Under the pieces are notes generated by a model. That model saw nothing but the letters and a program-made list of their open reading frames with translations, was not told the DNA's origin and did no database searches. Shown here in pieces: positions 40,204 to 54,747 of a DNA stretch of 64,000 nt. A program made the translations under genes and the position numbers. The first letter of the stretch is position 1, and the number at the start of each line of letters is the position of its first letter. This stretch comes from Lama guanicoe (Eukaryota), in contig MU054187.1 of the NCBI GenBank assembly GCA_013239625.1, positions 22,509,280 through 22,573,279 of the forward strand. Direction: 5' to 3'.

Positions 40204-43200
40204 TTTTTATATACTCTTTGCAATGCTATCACTATTGCCCGAAATATTTCCTTTGTAGCACGGGCTCAGGTACGCAGTTCATGCTGCACCCCTGCTCCTG
40301 TCAATTCTTGGTATAGCTTTTAACATAGATTTCCTTGCCCCTTTCTCTTTTGTCTATTTCTGTGCTCTTTTTCCTACCGTTGTTAGGCTTCTTTTTCTTT
40401 TTTCAAAGCTTTCTTTAGCCAGTGATTTTTTTATGCTAGAAAGTGTGCCTGTCAGCACAACCAAGAGAGTCAGTGTTGGATGTGAATATGATTAAATAAC
40501 ATTTTGACCTTCAGAAATGTGTCATCTGCCACCACTGCTCATCAAAAGGTTGATCTTTTAGGTGTATCTTTTAGCAAGGATTAAGACCTCTTTCTCTGGT
40601 GGCACTCAACAAGTTTGAGGAGGCCAAACTTGGCCATTCCTTTAACGTACCTATTATTACCTTCACCCTACCGGTGACCTTCCTTCCCACCAATATTATC
40701 CCTTCATGTTCTCACTTATAAGGACTGCTCATCAGGTTAAAGTCCGATTAGGTAGAATATTTGTTTTTTAGATTTGTTTAAGATTTATTGAGATGTTGGC
40801 TGAGGAGGAGGTTTAAATTAGTCTCCAAATGTGAAGTATCATAGATTTTATTTAACTACATTATTTAAGTGTCTGATATGATAATCAAAAGCAGACATTA
40901 TGCAGGCATTTGTATTTATTTATTTAATGGAAGTATAATTGACCTATGTTAGTTATAATTGACTCTGTTAGTTCCAGGTTTGATATTTCTATACATTACA
41001 TTACAAAGTTATCATCACTATGTATGCATTTTGACAAGATTCTAATAGCTATGTTTAAGTCAATTATGCTGGTTTAAATATATTTGAGAAAGCTGAGGGG
41101 GAGGGTATTGGGATTCTTTTGGAGAGACAGTTTATTCTTTTAATATACAACAGCTTTTGAGTATGCAATCCTAATTTTTAAAAAGACCTGAAAGTCAATA
41201 CAGTGGTCAAATTTATCAATATAAATGAGATAGATAGCATACTAACACAATTTCCCCATGAAAAATAGAAGGAAATAATTACATATTTGTTTTAGCAAAT
41301 AATTTTGAAATGTCCTCTTACCAAGTGGATGTATTATGTCTGGTTCCGGTGAAAATTACCAAAGCAACAGTGTGGTTGCAATATGCATTGTCATCAGGCT
41401 ACTTCAGTATTCTGAGCATTGAGTTTACCCTGCGTCTAGACCCTAAGATGATGTTAAAATAGGGATCCGCAACTGTAAGGAGCAACTTGTCTCCCCTGCC
41501 CCCCTTCTCTTGGTATTTGACTTTATAAAAATACACAACTTGAGTACATATGACACTCTCTATATAAGACGTAAACAGCTGTGAGATTTAACTTTTTCAG
41601 TTATTTCAACAGAAAGCAAATATGAAAATTACCTCGTAAGGGCAAAGAGTTTCTTTAGAGACTGCCTTCACAGTCCAGGGAAAGAACATGCCGCAAGTCA
41701 TCACTGTCCATGCCAGAAGCTAACCCAACCGACCAGCTTTCCAAGTCATGTCTGTCCCCGCAGGGTCTTTATAGCATGGCTTCAGGTCACACTGCTTGTT
41801 AGACACAGTTTGACTTGTCCAAACCACAAGTTTAAGCTTTTGTCTTCTCTAGAAGCGTTTAATGAGAAAAAAAAACCAATGTACAATCTGCTTAGGGGTC
41901 AGGATTTTTTTAAAAGAATGGAAAATCAACACAAGTATTTCTCAATGGTGTTGTCAAGATAAGTTTATGAAATATTTAAAGTTGCACCCCACCTTCAGGA
42001 TTTCTTGTGTCTCCTTAGCACTTGACCACCACTTAGCATACCGTTTATTTTTACTTATTTATCTTTTTTTTATTGTCTGTCTCAGGTGTTTGTTTTGTTC
42101 ATCGTTGTCTCCCAACCCCTTAGAATTGTGTCTGACACACAGTAGGTGTTTTATAAACGTTTATTGAATGAGTGTTGAGTAAATGAATAGAACTATTAAA
42201 CTCTTCGTGATTGGGAAATATGAAGCAGTTTGCCAGAAAGTTAGAAACAACTGAAATGTATGTGAAATCAGGAAATGTATAAACATCTCAACAGGCCTTT
42301 CCCAACATACGAACTTTTAAACCTTGAGGACGAAGTAGTTGTAGTTGTTGCTGCTTTAAGTGGAAAGAATTTTCCTATCATCCTTGACCATGAACTAGAG
42401 AGGAGCATATAGTGTTAAAATGTGAAACACTGGTCTTGCCCAGTTAGATAGCACGGGGATGTGCCCAGCCACGAAGACAAGGAAGGAAGCCAAGTTTTAG
42501 AAAGTGTGCTTTCAGAGCTGGGCAGAGTTGGATAATTGGGGCAGGTGATATGTTCTGATTGCTGGTCCAGCATCTGGGAAGTTGCAGAAAGTGGGAAGTT
42601 CTTAAAAATGCTCTGAGGGGAGTGAGACCCCAAACCTTCAGTCTCAGCCTTAATAAAATATCCAGCTGCCTGCTGCACAGCTGGTCGGCAGCTTCACTGT
42701 GTCTTTATAATTCAAAAAAAATTTCAATTGAGCATTCTGGAATTTTCTGCTGGGGGATCCGGTTCTGTCTTTTATCAAGGTAGTTTTTGGTAAAAGATGG
42801 TTCACTTAGTAGGTGAGGTGTACACGTTGTGGCTCACTTTGCCAAGATGCCTGTTTCCATAGGTGAGGCAATCCTGAGCTGTCTCTGCTGCTGACTTCTA
42901 TTAACACCTCACTTTGGTGCACCTACGATGAACTGTTCATTTGATAGGCTTGAAAATACAACCAGTGCCATTTCTTAAATGTGTATACAGTAGCCAAGGG
43001 ATACAGTGTTTACTGAAATACAGTTTAATAGTACTATTACTGTATTTACTGTACAGTAAGGCAGCGGAACCTGAAACAAGTTAAACTTATCTCTGTATCC
43101 TGCTGTGACTCAGAGCAGGGCCAAATATCTTAGGAATCTTCTTGAGAAATCGAGAAAGGAGCTCTGGTGGATTGCTCAGTTTGTAGCAATGACAGGGTGA

Positions 43201-43239
43201 AATGCACATACTTCTTGTGTTTAAAGTAAGAATGACTGG

Positions 43240-43367
43240 TGGGGAGGGTATAGCTCAGTGGTAGAGTCCATGCCTAGCATGCGGGAGGTCCTGGGTTCAA
43301 GTACCACCATTAAATAAATAAATAAAAATGTAATTACTCTCCCCTCTACACACACAAAGAAAAAATA
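43240..43367 (+). mobile_element. tRNA-derived SINE (Vic-1-like)
   Basis: ggggagggtatagctcagtggtagag...; diverged TSD aagtaagaatgac / aggtaggagtgac. Confidence 0.85.
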
Positions 43368-44361
43368 AGGTAGGAGTGACCAAATGTCAACACTTTACTA
43401 TTACCTCCTGCTGTCCATGATTCTGTATGTTCAGGTGTCAGCAATCATATCACTATTTAGATATTACTCAGGATAATTGAAGAATTCTGGAAATTCATTT
43501 AAAAAAAAAATGGCACCCAAAAGCTGATTCCCTTTGCTGCCCTGCTGTGAGCTGAGAGTTTAATAGTGTGAGAGTCCCCAGTTGGTAGTAAAACTCACTT
43601 CCTTATTATGCTGCTTGTATCCAAGAGACTGGGCCCCGTGTTTTGTTTGCTGATGTGAATTATTTTTTCAAGTCATCTGGGGACGGGGAATTGGGTGACA
43701 ACTTGAAGCAAAGGTAGCTCCTTAAGTGGGAAGTATTATAAATGTATGTTTTTTCAGATACAGCTTTTCGATAATGGGAGATGGAGGCTGGCTTTGGAAA
43801 CCTTTATCCTTTTCCTTTCATTTCTCTTTTTGGTTCTTATAAATCTTCTGCCTGACCTTACTTTTTTTTTCTCCTACTCCTTTAGTACCAGTTTCTAAAC
43901 AAGTTCCATATTCACTGTAATTAAGTTAGTCACAAAACATTACCTGGAAGAAGCTTTAGGAGTTAAAGTGATTGCACTCCTGGAGAAACTGAGAAGCTGC
44001 AGCCCTTGTGGTGTGACTGACACAGAGCTGCAGTCCAGGGTTTCTGACTCCTGAGCCAGTGACCCTTCCTGTTTGTCCCTTTTGCACATTGGAAAGCAAG
44101 CATGCCCCTTTCTCTGTTTTTGCTTGTTTGTTTTTGTTTTTGTGCTTTTGTGCTTGACCAATTCCCTATCCCTGCTTCTAGCATCCCATGGCAGGGATTA
44201 AAAATGTGGACGTTGCTGTCTCTGAATACCAGACAAGCTCAGTGTAATTTTCTTTACTGTGAGTTTTTCCGAGAGCGTGCACGCACGCGCGCAGGGCTCT
44301 CTAGCAAGGAGAAAATGCTTCCTTAGCCTAACGTTATTTACAATCTAATGTGCTGCCTTAA

Positions 44362-44405
44362 AGGGGTGTGGGGGTAGAGCTCAGTGGTAGAGCTCATGCT
44401 TAGCA
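44362..44405 (+). mobile_element. Truncated tRNA-derived SINE (5' half only)
   Basis: ggggtagagctcagtggtagagctcatgcttagca, then similarity stops. Confidence 0.7.
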
Positions 44406-44915
44406 GCCAAGATTGAGAACCACTGCTCTATAATGTGGGGGGATGGGGTGAGGAGAGAAGGGGGTGTTTGGGATCTTTCATTCCCCGGGTTTGGGTTTTA
44501 GCCAAAATTCCGTGCAGATAGCAAATAGCTCACTCAATATCTTGTCAAATGAACATCCATAAAATTAAGGTTGTGGTTTAATCTGTTTTGTTTTGTAGCT
44601 GAATGCTACATTTACCTTTAAGTGAAAAGTAAAATTCTACTTGAACGGTAGAATTTATAGTAAAGTGAGAAGAAGATGAGTATGTCTTATTTCCCATCTT
44701 AAAAGCTGCATTTTATTGTCACATAAGTAAATGAGTTTTATCCCGGCCAGAGAACCTGGCTGAAGCCGCATCACTGGGTTGGGCTCATGGACCTCTGAAT
44801 CACCAGGAGACACCTAATAACAAAATCTTATTCTAGCAGGTTCCTTCTGTGATCCTGGTCTGACCGCTTGTCTTAAGAGTTCAGATGTTTCATTAGGAAT
44901 TCCTGGGCTTCTTAA

Positions 44916-45113
<198 letters not shown>

Positions 45114-45374
45114 TGAAGGTGAAAAGCAATCTGAATTGCTCTGTTGACAAGATGAAGAGTTTATTAAAGATATTAAAAATAATAAAACCATCTCATCTGT
45201 TAATGCAGTTCTGGGGGCAAGTTTGTCCTCAATTTGTGGAGTTTTTCATATACATGTAGACACTTCCTTTAGCTTTCTTGCCTGTATTTAGTTACATGTG
45301 TTACATAAAGTTGTTGAAATCTAAGTGCACTTTTGATCCGAAAAAACTTTTTTGTTTTGGGGCGGTGGGTATAG

Positions 45375-45554
45375 GTTGACCGCACAGAAAGGATTAAGAA
45401 TTGCTTGAATCCCAAATTTTCCAAGACGTTTATTATTGATTACTACTTTGAAGTGGTTCAGAAGTTGAAATTTGGAATTTATGACATCGACAACAAAACC
45501 ATCGAGCTGAGCGATGATGACTTCTTAGGAGAATGTGAATGCACCCTTGGACAG
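45375..45554 (+). CDS. CPNE3: Copine-3 coding exon 2
   Basis: [60 protein letters not shown], 180 nt; tag/gtgagt. Confidence 0.95.
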
Positions 45555-46831
45555 GTGAGTTTAACTGGCAGCTGTCCTATGTTTTGTCTAAATTTGAACC
45601 AAAGAATTGGGTGTCTTTAGTAAGTGCTCATTGGTTTAATTTTTTAAGTTGAAAAGCATGGAATCACTTTAAATCACATGTTAGTATGGTTGCCTTGAAC
45701 CGTGTAGAATTTATCTTACTTTTTATAAGGGTAGGGAACGTGTTTTTGGCAAAGTCTATTAATTCTTTCCCGTTAAGGGTATTTCATTCATCATTTCAGT
45801 AAATAATACCATTGCTCTAGGCTTTGTCTGCTGTTTACAGGTTTCAGTACAGTGTTGTTCTTATGTTGAAGTCATAATTGCTGTCAAAGTCACAGCGACT
45901 TTTCTGACGTTCTAACTAGCATGACTGGTGCCTCTTGACCTGCTAAGTGCCAACAGCATTCCTTTACCTAGCTTGCTCCCCCGCTAGCCCTCGGCGTGGA
46001 CCTGACTGGCCCGAGCAAGCCTTCCCTGATGCCCTGGAGTAGTTTGGATCTCATCCTTGTGCTCGCTTGATCCCTCCTTCGCTTCTGCCTCGACACTCAC
46101 CGTATCTTGCTGTAGTTGCTAAATTATCTGCCTTTCCAGTATATGACAGGTTGGGTCAGAGCAGGGCTGTGTCTGTGGGCCCAACATTGTGCTCCTAGCT
46201 CAGAGTTTGACTTCTAAGGAGAAATCAGGACCATTTGTAATAGAATGGGGAAGGTTTCAGGAGAGAGGAGTCTTTTTTTTTCCCATGGGTAACATTTTTT
46301 CCCCCCAGATTTGCCTTTTATGAGTTTGTTTTTCAGTGTTGAAGTTCTTGGAGCTCATGGTATTTCCGATGTCTCAAGGACAACATAGAGCTGATCAGTT
46401 TTCTCAAACTTTGGTAAATAGTATCAGAGAGAAAATTTAAAAAGTATTTATTTTTTGGGAAAAAAATTACAATGTATCTAAAATTATAAAGAATTTGAGA
46501 AATACATCTGCTTGAGAGTACCTAGGTCTACTACATTATTTTAATCAAAGTGATATTTTGTGGGGGTTATAAAAGTTATGTGTCAGTTGACGAATTGAAC
46601 CCTATTTACTGAGTATTCTCAGGTCCACCTTTAAGCTACAGGAGTTTCAGCTCTGTGATTTGTGTGTGATGAGAACCTGATCCTCTTTTTTCATTACAAG
46701 GAAGAAGTTAAACTTTGAAGTAGTTGACAAAACAACCAGGGATGGGGAGACTATATCTGCCAGGACTGGCTCCTTGGAAATCTTCTCCAGTGGGTTTTAA
46801 ACGTGTAGATGCGTTTTATAATCTCTAAATC

Positions 46832-46949
46832 TTTTTTTTTCCCTTAAACTTTGTTTTTCCTTAATTTTTTAATGGAGGTACTGGGGATTGAGCCCGGGAC
46901 CTCGTGCATGCTAAGCGTGCACTCTACCACTGAGCTATTCCCACCCCCC
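46832..46949 (-). mobile_element. tRNA-derived SINE (Vic-1-like)
   Basis: Consensus match; TSD tataatctctaaatcttt / tataatttgtaaatcttt. Confidence 0.87.
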
Positions 46950-47104
46950 TATAATTTGTAAATCTTTAAGGAGTGAATTTAATGTTTCCATTTCTAATGA
47001 CTGTCAAGTGAACTTTATACTCAACTCTTTTTTGAAACCATTCAATTTAAATGTTCACCTGTTGAAGTGAAATCGCTCTTTGTCTCACTTTTGAATTTTA
47101 ACAG

Positions 47105-47179
47105 ATTGTTTCCAGTAAGAAGCTAACTCGACCACTGGTGCTTAAAAATGGCAGACCTGCAGGGAGAGGAAGCATCACG
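47105..47179 (+). CDS. CPNE3: Copine-3 coding exon 3
   Basis: [25 protein letters not shown]; cag/gtgag. Confidence 0.95.
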
Positions 47180-48488
47180 GTGAGGATAAGATACTTGTCA
47201 TTTGCCTCCAACGGTTTAGTGTAATAGGACATGCAGACACTGTACCTGTGAGAAGATACTCAGCAGTCTTGCTCTATCACTTGATCCTGAATGTTGCCCT
47301 CCATCCACCCTTGCCCTATAGTGATCACCAACGGGAACTGTGTTGTGCCGAAAAGAAAGAAAAATGCAGTATGAGAATCCCTTCTTTGAGGTTTTTTAAT
47401 TTGCCCATGGAGTCAGGAGCACTTTGGCGATGCTCGCCTGCCCCAACTCTTTCCCCCATGGAAGCATCACTTCGCAAGATAGAAAGAAACTGCGTAATAG
47501 TCTGAATGGATCAGTTTGGACCTCTACAAGTCAAACGCGGTCCCCTCAGCACGACAGAAATTTTCCGTAATGGATTTTATTCCAGAATGATCTTGTATTA
47601 TGACCTGGCCATTGAACCTCTCAACTCATAACAATTTTTTTTTTGGGTGCTTGCACTTTGCTGGCCATCCTCCCACCTAGGTTTTCCATTATTGAGTACT
47701 GGCCCTGGGCAAATGAATATATATGCATTGGCCTATTTTAGGTTTCAGTTATATAATGCCGTGCTTTTAAATATTGTTTCTTCTAGAGTTTCTGTCCAGG
47801 TAATCACTGCCTACAGTGATAGCTGTCTAACTGTAGGTCTGCCTGAGGATGGAAGGCTGGCGCCCTGAGCGAGCCATGTTTGAGGATGACTATGATCATC
47901 AAACACAGTTCTCTGAGCAGCTCTTTTGCTCTAGTTTAAATTCCTGAGGCATAAGAATATTCAGTCCGGTGAGACGTTGACATCTGTGTGTGGGCCCGAG
48001 AACATTCTCAGTCATTAGCTTTACTGCCTTTGGGCCATGGTTGGCTTAGAATTTGTTTTTAAGTGAAACAAGTCTTTCAGTTACCTTGGATGGAAATACT
48101 GATCTGATAGTTTGAATTTACAGTGTTCACTAGGTATGAGTTCCTCATGCTTCTCTATATTTGGAGAGTTCTCACTAGTGTTGTACAGTCTTAAGGGGCT
48201 TTGATTTTTATACTGGAATAGGGACGAGCCAGTTTGGGCAACAACATTTAAAAAGGAAGTTGCATAATGTAGATTTGGCATGTTCTCAGAAAATATCTAT
48301 TTTCCATACATAAAAGAAATCATGATAACTCTTAATGGTACTATTTTGTTATTAAGCATTTTAGAATTTGTTTATATTAGTATAGACTTTATATACTATT
48401 AGAGAACAGAATAACTCAGTACTTCCTGAATGTATCAGAATCTCAAAATATATATACGTATTTTTTCACTTACCCTGTCTACTCATAG

Positions 48489-48560
48489 ATTTCAGCTGAA
48501 GAAATAAAGGATAACAGAGTAGTCTTGTTTGAAATGGAAGCAAGAAAACTGGATAATAAG
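48489..48560 (+). CDS. CPNE3: Copine-3 coding exon 4
   Basis: ISAEEIKDNRVVLFEMEARKLDNK; tag/gtggg. Confidence 0.95.
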
Positions 48561-49104
48561 GTGGGTAGGTGATGCAGATTGCAACAAGGGTATCGTGTTT
48601 TGCCTCACAGTGATTCCTTTTTGAGAAAATAATAATGCAGTTGATATTATGACATGACCTCTGTCATCTAAGCATCACTAGGGAGTGTGTTTACTTCCAG
48701 ATTCTACTTTGAGTGTGTGAGGGTGTATGTGTGTTTAAGCAGAATCCATTTCTCTTTATCTCCTTCCTCTAGATGTAATCAAAGGGTTTGTATAGCTTAA
48801 AAGAGGAGTTAATACAAGCATTAATGTTATTATAAGAGACATTTGAGAGTGTAGTCGTATTACCTTAAGGAAAAAAGCAAAAATTCCATGCTTTATTAAT
48901 TACAGATTTTCCCTTTTGCGTCCAAAAGTTAATCTTTTTTGAAGGGTGAGTACAATGCATAATACACCACAAATTTTTGTATAGCATGGATTAATAATTC
49001 TTTGAGTGATTTTTGTATATATTTCTATAATCCAATCAATATTCTTTATCATTTACATTTACCTTACAATTCAGTTTGCAAATATCTTAGACTAGTAGCA
49101 AGTT

Positions 49105-50115
49105 TCTTTTTTTTATTTTTTGAAAAATTGAAACATATACAAAAATAGAATAGTATTTTAAAAAATTCCATGTCCCCATCACCTGTCTTCAACAATTTTA
49201 ACTCATGACCAATTTTGTCTCATCTCTACTCTTATCTGCTTTCTCTCCTCCGAGACATCTTATTATTTCACCCATAAATATTTTGGTGTATCCCTAAAGA
49301 CTCTTTAAAAATTATAATTGATTCATATGTTGTTAATTTTTTTCAGTCTATAAATTCCCCCCTTCCTTTTATTTCTTTCCTCCCTTCCTCTCTTGTTCCC
49401 TCTCTCTCTCTCCCTCCTTCCTATCTGTCCATCCATGGAATTTATTCAGTAAAGAAACTGACTCCTTTGTCCTGTAGAAGGCTCTGCACTCTTTATAAAC
49501 TGATGAAATCCTGTGGTATCATTTCACATGCTCCTCTCTCCACCTTCATTTCATGAGTTCTGTAAGCTGGAATTGAATCTAGACATACGATCTGATGGTA
49601 TTTTGAACTTTTGGTGTGACAGTTCCATAGGTGGTGGCATTCATTCCAACAGGAGGCTCACATTGTCAAGTTCTGTGTTTTTGGAGTATTAATGAGCCCG
49701 ATGATAACTACCTAGACACATTATTTTGTTAAGGGGTCTGTAAAAAAGTGATATTCTCATGCTGCCATTGCTTCTTCGTTTATTAGTGAGAATCCTTCTG
49801 TAGAGAGAAGTATTCTTCTCCACATTAGGTATTTATTTATTCTGAGCTACAGTTGATCCAGAAAAGGCAAGTTAAAATGTTTGGTTTTTTTTCTTATATT
49901 TACCATTTTTCAGAATTCGAATCCCTCTAAATGTGACCAATGTGGGTTTTTTGTGTTTTTCATTTTTTAGTATTGTTATGAACTCTGTCGGTTAATTGAT
50001 GCTCAGAGTATCCCAGCTCTGGCCTGTGGGAGGGAACCTCTGCATGCCAGTTCCTGAGACCATTTGGCCCGACCCCAGAGGTCTCTGAATAGCTTCCTTG
50101 CTCTGCGGCGTGACC
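49105..50115 (-). mobile_element. Old LINE-1 3' region (L1MC/ME-like)
   Basis: ttttgaaaaattgaaacatatacaaaaatagaat...catgtccccatcacc, typical of an antisense L1M 3' end. Confidence 0.55.
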
Positions 50116-50279
50116 ACGTGGTTTGTGAGGAACATGACGGGATTTGTGTTTACTGCTGTTTTGTACTGTATGTGTCCGTGTTGTGGAATTAGGCTTCAGG
50201 TACTGCTAAAATGTAGCATGTATTAAGTCTGATTTCACATGGTTTAGAGGAAGATAATTACTTTTTTTTTTTAACGTAG

Positions 50280-50372
<93 letters not shown>

Positions 50373-50560
50373 TGAATTTGAAAAGTAGGGTTGAAGTTTC
50401 CTTTGGGACTGCAGTTTTCTGAATTTTAAAAAATTATGTGTTTATGAAAATATCAGTCTGAGTTCAGACATATATAATTGCTAGAAACACAAGGTCAACA
50501 TAGTCAGTTTTTTAAATTTTAATGAGGAGATGCTACTATGCTTAATTTTTAAAACCCTGT

Positions 50561-50697
50561 AGGGGAGGAGGGTATAGCTCAGTGGTAGAGTGTGTGCCTA
50601 GCATGCACAAGGTCCTGGGTTCAATCCCCAGCACCACCATTAAAAATGAATAAATAAGTAAATACCTAATTACCTCCCCTCTCCGCCTCTAAAAAAC
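50561..50697 (+). mobile_element. tRNA-derived SINE (Vic-1-like)
   Basis: Consensus match with cctaattacctcccc tail. Confidence 0.87.
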
Positions 50698-51265
50698 CCC
50701 TATGAAGAACAGTAAACTGTATACCAGTGTATCTTTCTCCTAGATTCACCATGTAGTCTTACCTGCACACATGATCTCTCTCACACACATATACATTCAC
50801 AACTGAGGAATGTGCATATTTGTGTATATATGTTTATTATGTACACATTTAAAAAAGTTTTAAATCACAATTTTAGGCTATTTTTTCCATTGAAATCCAG
50901 CATAGCAAGATTCTTTCTCATCCTTTCTTATCACGTATTTGAATCTTCTGTGTCCTATAATGAAAACTCTGGTTTCCAACAAAATCAGTAATCTTCTATC
51001 ATTTCTAAGTGCGCTTTGTAATGGGTGCACGTATTTCTCAGTTGTTTCCTTTCCTCAGAATGTATCACAACTAGACAGTCTATTGCATTTTTTGCGTAAC
51101 AGGTGGATAATATTGTCCTAGCTAGTTTTTCATGGACACAGTTGGGTGAATGAAGAGATGAAGGACTGATGGTGAGAGAGTGGCAGGAATCTAGGAAAGG
51201 CAAGAGCAAAGCGTTTGATGAATGGAATGCTTTTCTGACTGGTCTTTGAATCCTCATTTTCACAG

Positions 51266-51355
51266 GTTATTAAAAACAACTTGAATCCTGTTTGGAGGCC
51301 TTTTAAGATCTCTCTTAACTCCCTGTGCTATGGAGATATGGACAAAACGATTAAG
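51266..51355 (+). CDS. CPNE3: Copine-3 coding exon 6
   Basis: [30 protein letters not shown]; cag/gtaat. Confidence 0.96.
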
Positions 51356-51889
51356 GTAATTTGAAATTATACGTGTGTTCTATACACACATTCGCACTGC
51401 TTTTATAAATTAATTCATTAGGTAGTATTTTTTAAAAGTACATGATGTAAGGTTGAATTTTATTTACATCTAGGAACCCTGAAGTAGGAATGTTGCTGGT
51501 AAGTAGTCAGTCTGAAGGAGCAGACATTCTGAGTGATCTCTTGACCTAATGCTTCATCAAATGTTGTGATTTTTATTTTATTCTTTATTTTTTTAAATAA
51601 TGTATTTAATTTAAGCCTTCCTTCCTTTTAATAAGATTCCTTTGCTCTGTGAATAGGAACCTTAAGTCCATGCTTTGCTTCTGGTGTGTCCCAAGCAAAT
51701 GAAAAGAGATGCTACTTTAACTGAGAACCCAGAGCCGCCTCCTGCCCTTAGCCCGGAGCAGGATGTGGTGGTCACTGACTTTCACAGGAAGGTATAATTC
51801 ATTAAAACATTTGGATGGCTTTAATTTTAGCGTGTCAAGAAAGCAGAATGGAGAATAGGGAGCAGCAACAGATAGTAAAGAATTTTTAA

Positions 51890-52015
51890 CATCTATGTGT
51901 TTATTTGTTTATTTACTTATTTATATATTATTTTTAACGGAGATACTGGAGATTGAACCCAGGACCTTGTGCATGCTAAGCACATGCTCTACCACTTGAG
52001 CTATACCCTGCCCCC
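51890..52015 (-). mobile_element. tRNA-derived SINE (Vic-1-like)
   Basis: Consensus match; TSD aagaattttt on both sides. Confidence 0.87.
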
Positions 52016-54648
52016 AAGAATTTTTTTGTTTTTGATATTTTCACTTACAGCCATTTATCAGAATAGATACATTATTTTTAAGACACTTTTATACTAGAGT
52101 CACGTCTTTACATAAGATTCCAGATACAAGCCGTTTCTTATGTTCAGGTGTCAGCAAAAAGAGGTGAGTTTTTTGTTTATTTTGGGTTTTCTTGTTGCTG
52201 TTTTTGTTTTTGGTTTTTGATAATTAGTATGGGGAAAGCAGGAAAGGTGATGTCATGGGACAAGCAACGGACTTACAGGTGGACCACAGTCCAAGGCTTG
52301 ACTTAAGCAGCTAAGGGATCTTGGGCAGGGCATCTAACTTCTTCACTTATAAAGTAGACAAAAATAATATCTACCCAAAAGAAAAGGCAAGGATTAAGTT
52401 AACGCAGGTGAAACTTTTATAAACTCTTAAACACTATACAGATGCTGTCATTATTGAAAACCACTTCATTTCTTAGATCTGTAGAATTTTGTCCTCAGTT
52501 TGCAGAGAATTTTTAAAAGCAGTATAAGGGTGATTTGTGTGATGTATCAAATAGCAGTGAACTCTAGGTACAAAATAAACAGTAGAAAAGTAGCTTTACA
52601 GGTTGCTTTTTATTGTTACACTAAATCTAGAACTTTTGCTCTTCACACTAAACACAGTAAGTTGAAACTTCATTAGATCTGAGAAGCAAGAAAGGCTGAG
52701 GGGAAAAAATGCCTAAACCAAAACTATTTGATTGTTTATAATAATATGTTAACAATGAAACAATGTTTTTAAACTTTGTTTTTTGCACACAGTGGCCTGC
52801 TTTCAGGGCTATTTTATTATAGTAAGTAAACTGATTTTCTGAGCTTTCTCTGATGAATGTCTACCATTCTTAAAAGTTTCTCCATTTGTTTTAACTATAC
52901 ACAACTTGGTTTCCCACGCCATCACTGTCTTTATTTCTTTAGTTCTGTATTTCTTTGCAATATCAGAAAGTCATACATCTGTGATTCTCTTGGTGTTTGG
53001 AAATTACTTAGAGGTGTAGTAAAGAGTTATAGAGGAAAGAGTCAGGATTTCTTTGCTGCAGTGGAAACGTGTCAGTGTTATCACTCTAGCATGTATTATT
53101 TTCATAAGATCATGCGAATAAGAAAAATAATCATGCATGCTTAACCTGGGAATGCCTTAGTGAATGTAGTATTGTGTGATGTGTGTAATCTTTTACATAT
53201 ATACATATGCACATATGTATATATGCATACATTTCAGTTTCACAGAAACTGTTTAAAGCAGCCAATGGTGCTAGTTTTTGAATTCTCGAAAACAGAAATT
53301 AAATGACAGATCATTACATCATTTACCTTAAACTGTATTTGGATATATGCCAGCATTATAAATGTTACGTTTCCTTTAGCATCTAACATTTGCCTATAAT
53401 GGGGCAACAGTGAGTTTTTCTTATTTATTAATTACTGTTAATTGTTAATAATCACATTTTAAAAATATTTTTACATCCCCTGAAGTTTCGAGCAGTTTAA
53501 ACATGAACAGTTTTAGCTCTTCTATTAAGTTTTGTTTAAATAAAATCTTGACCTCATTAAGGCTTCACCTTGTCTTAGATTTAAACTAGAGTTTCCTGAA
53601 TGCAAATCTAAAATATAACATTCTGTTTTCTATAGTCACAAAAACTCTTAAAAATGAAATTATTACAATATTAAGATTGTTTTTGACTTTATCTTAATTT
53701 TGGTTCCTTTAGAAAAACTTCTTAAGGTCATTAATCTTCTTTTGGCTTCAAAAATTGAGTGTCAGAGATACAGGGCAAGAGTTAACCGATCGGAATTGGT
53801 CAGTGACTGAAGTGTTTGAAACCAATAAAAACTCTCTACTTGCTAAGAGTTCTCACCACCTTAATTTTTCTCATTTCAGTGAAAAGTTCAGGTATTCTTG
53901 TGAATATTTGCTCTTTAATTACATCTGTCAACCTGGTACAAAACTACATGGAGATCAAATACTCTCAACTTTCTTCTGTCTGCTTTAAGAAAGAGCAAGC
54001 ATTTAATGAGAGTCTTAGCTAAAACTAGAGCTGACCCTGTCTTAAAATGGAAAGCGTAATTATGTCCCAGTATGATAGATTCTTCCTCAGAACACTGCAG
54101 AGCTGACTTCAGCATGTATAACTCCTAAGGGAAGCCTCGCCTCACCAGGTTGCAGCTAAGGAAACATGTTTTCCATAATCCTAAGTCATCTACACTTACA
54201 CAGTTTTTAGCTGCCCAGGATACTGGCTTCCTTTCTTCCTGTAGACATACAGTGGCCTTTAGCCATTGTATAGTGATAACAAGGTAAAAAGTGGGTGAGA
54301 AAGAAGGTCTAATTCCCTTTTGACTTTATCAGCACTGGTAAAGGCGTGCATAGGAACTGGATGCTGCTTAATGTGGAATTTGAACAGTATTTGTGTTTCT
54401 CATCTGTCTGTGAGCTAGTCTAGAGCCCCATTCCAGGGATAGCTAGCGAGGGTTGAAAAGCGTTTCAGTATTGCTCCTCTGGGAAGTTAGTTAAGTCAGT
54501 TCCTACTTCTGCAAGGAGGACTGCATAGTAAACATTTTCACTTATTTTAATTAAAAGTGCACTTCTTGGTAAGTCCCATTTAATTGCAGCCAATCCTTTT
54601 AAAAAAATTATATTGATTTTTACAAATTTTTATTATACTTACTTCTAG

Positions 54649-54747
54649 GTAGAGTGTTATGATTATGACAATGATGGGTCACATGATCTCATTGGAACAT
54701 TTCAAACCACCATGACAAAGCTGAAAGGAGCCTCCAGAAACTCACCT
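54649..54747 (+). CDS. CPNE3: Copine-3 coding exon 7
   Basis: [33 protein letters not shown]; tag/gtaagt. Confidence 0.96.

Noticed and set aside
44632..44656. Hairpin aaattctac-N7-gtagaattt
   Set aside because: A 9-bp AT-rich stem is expected by chance in 64 kb
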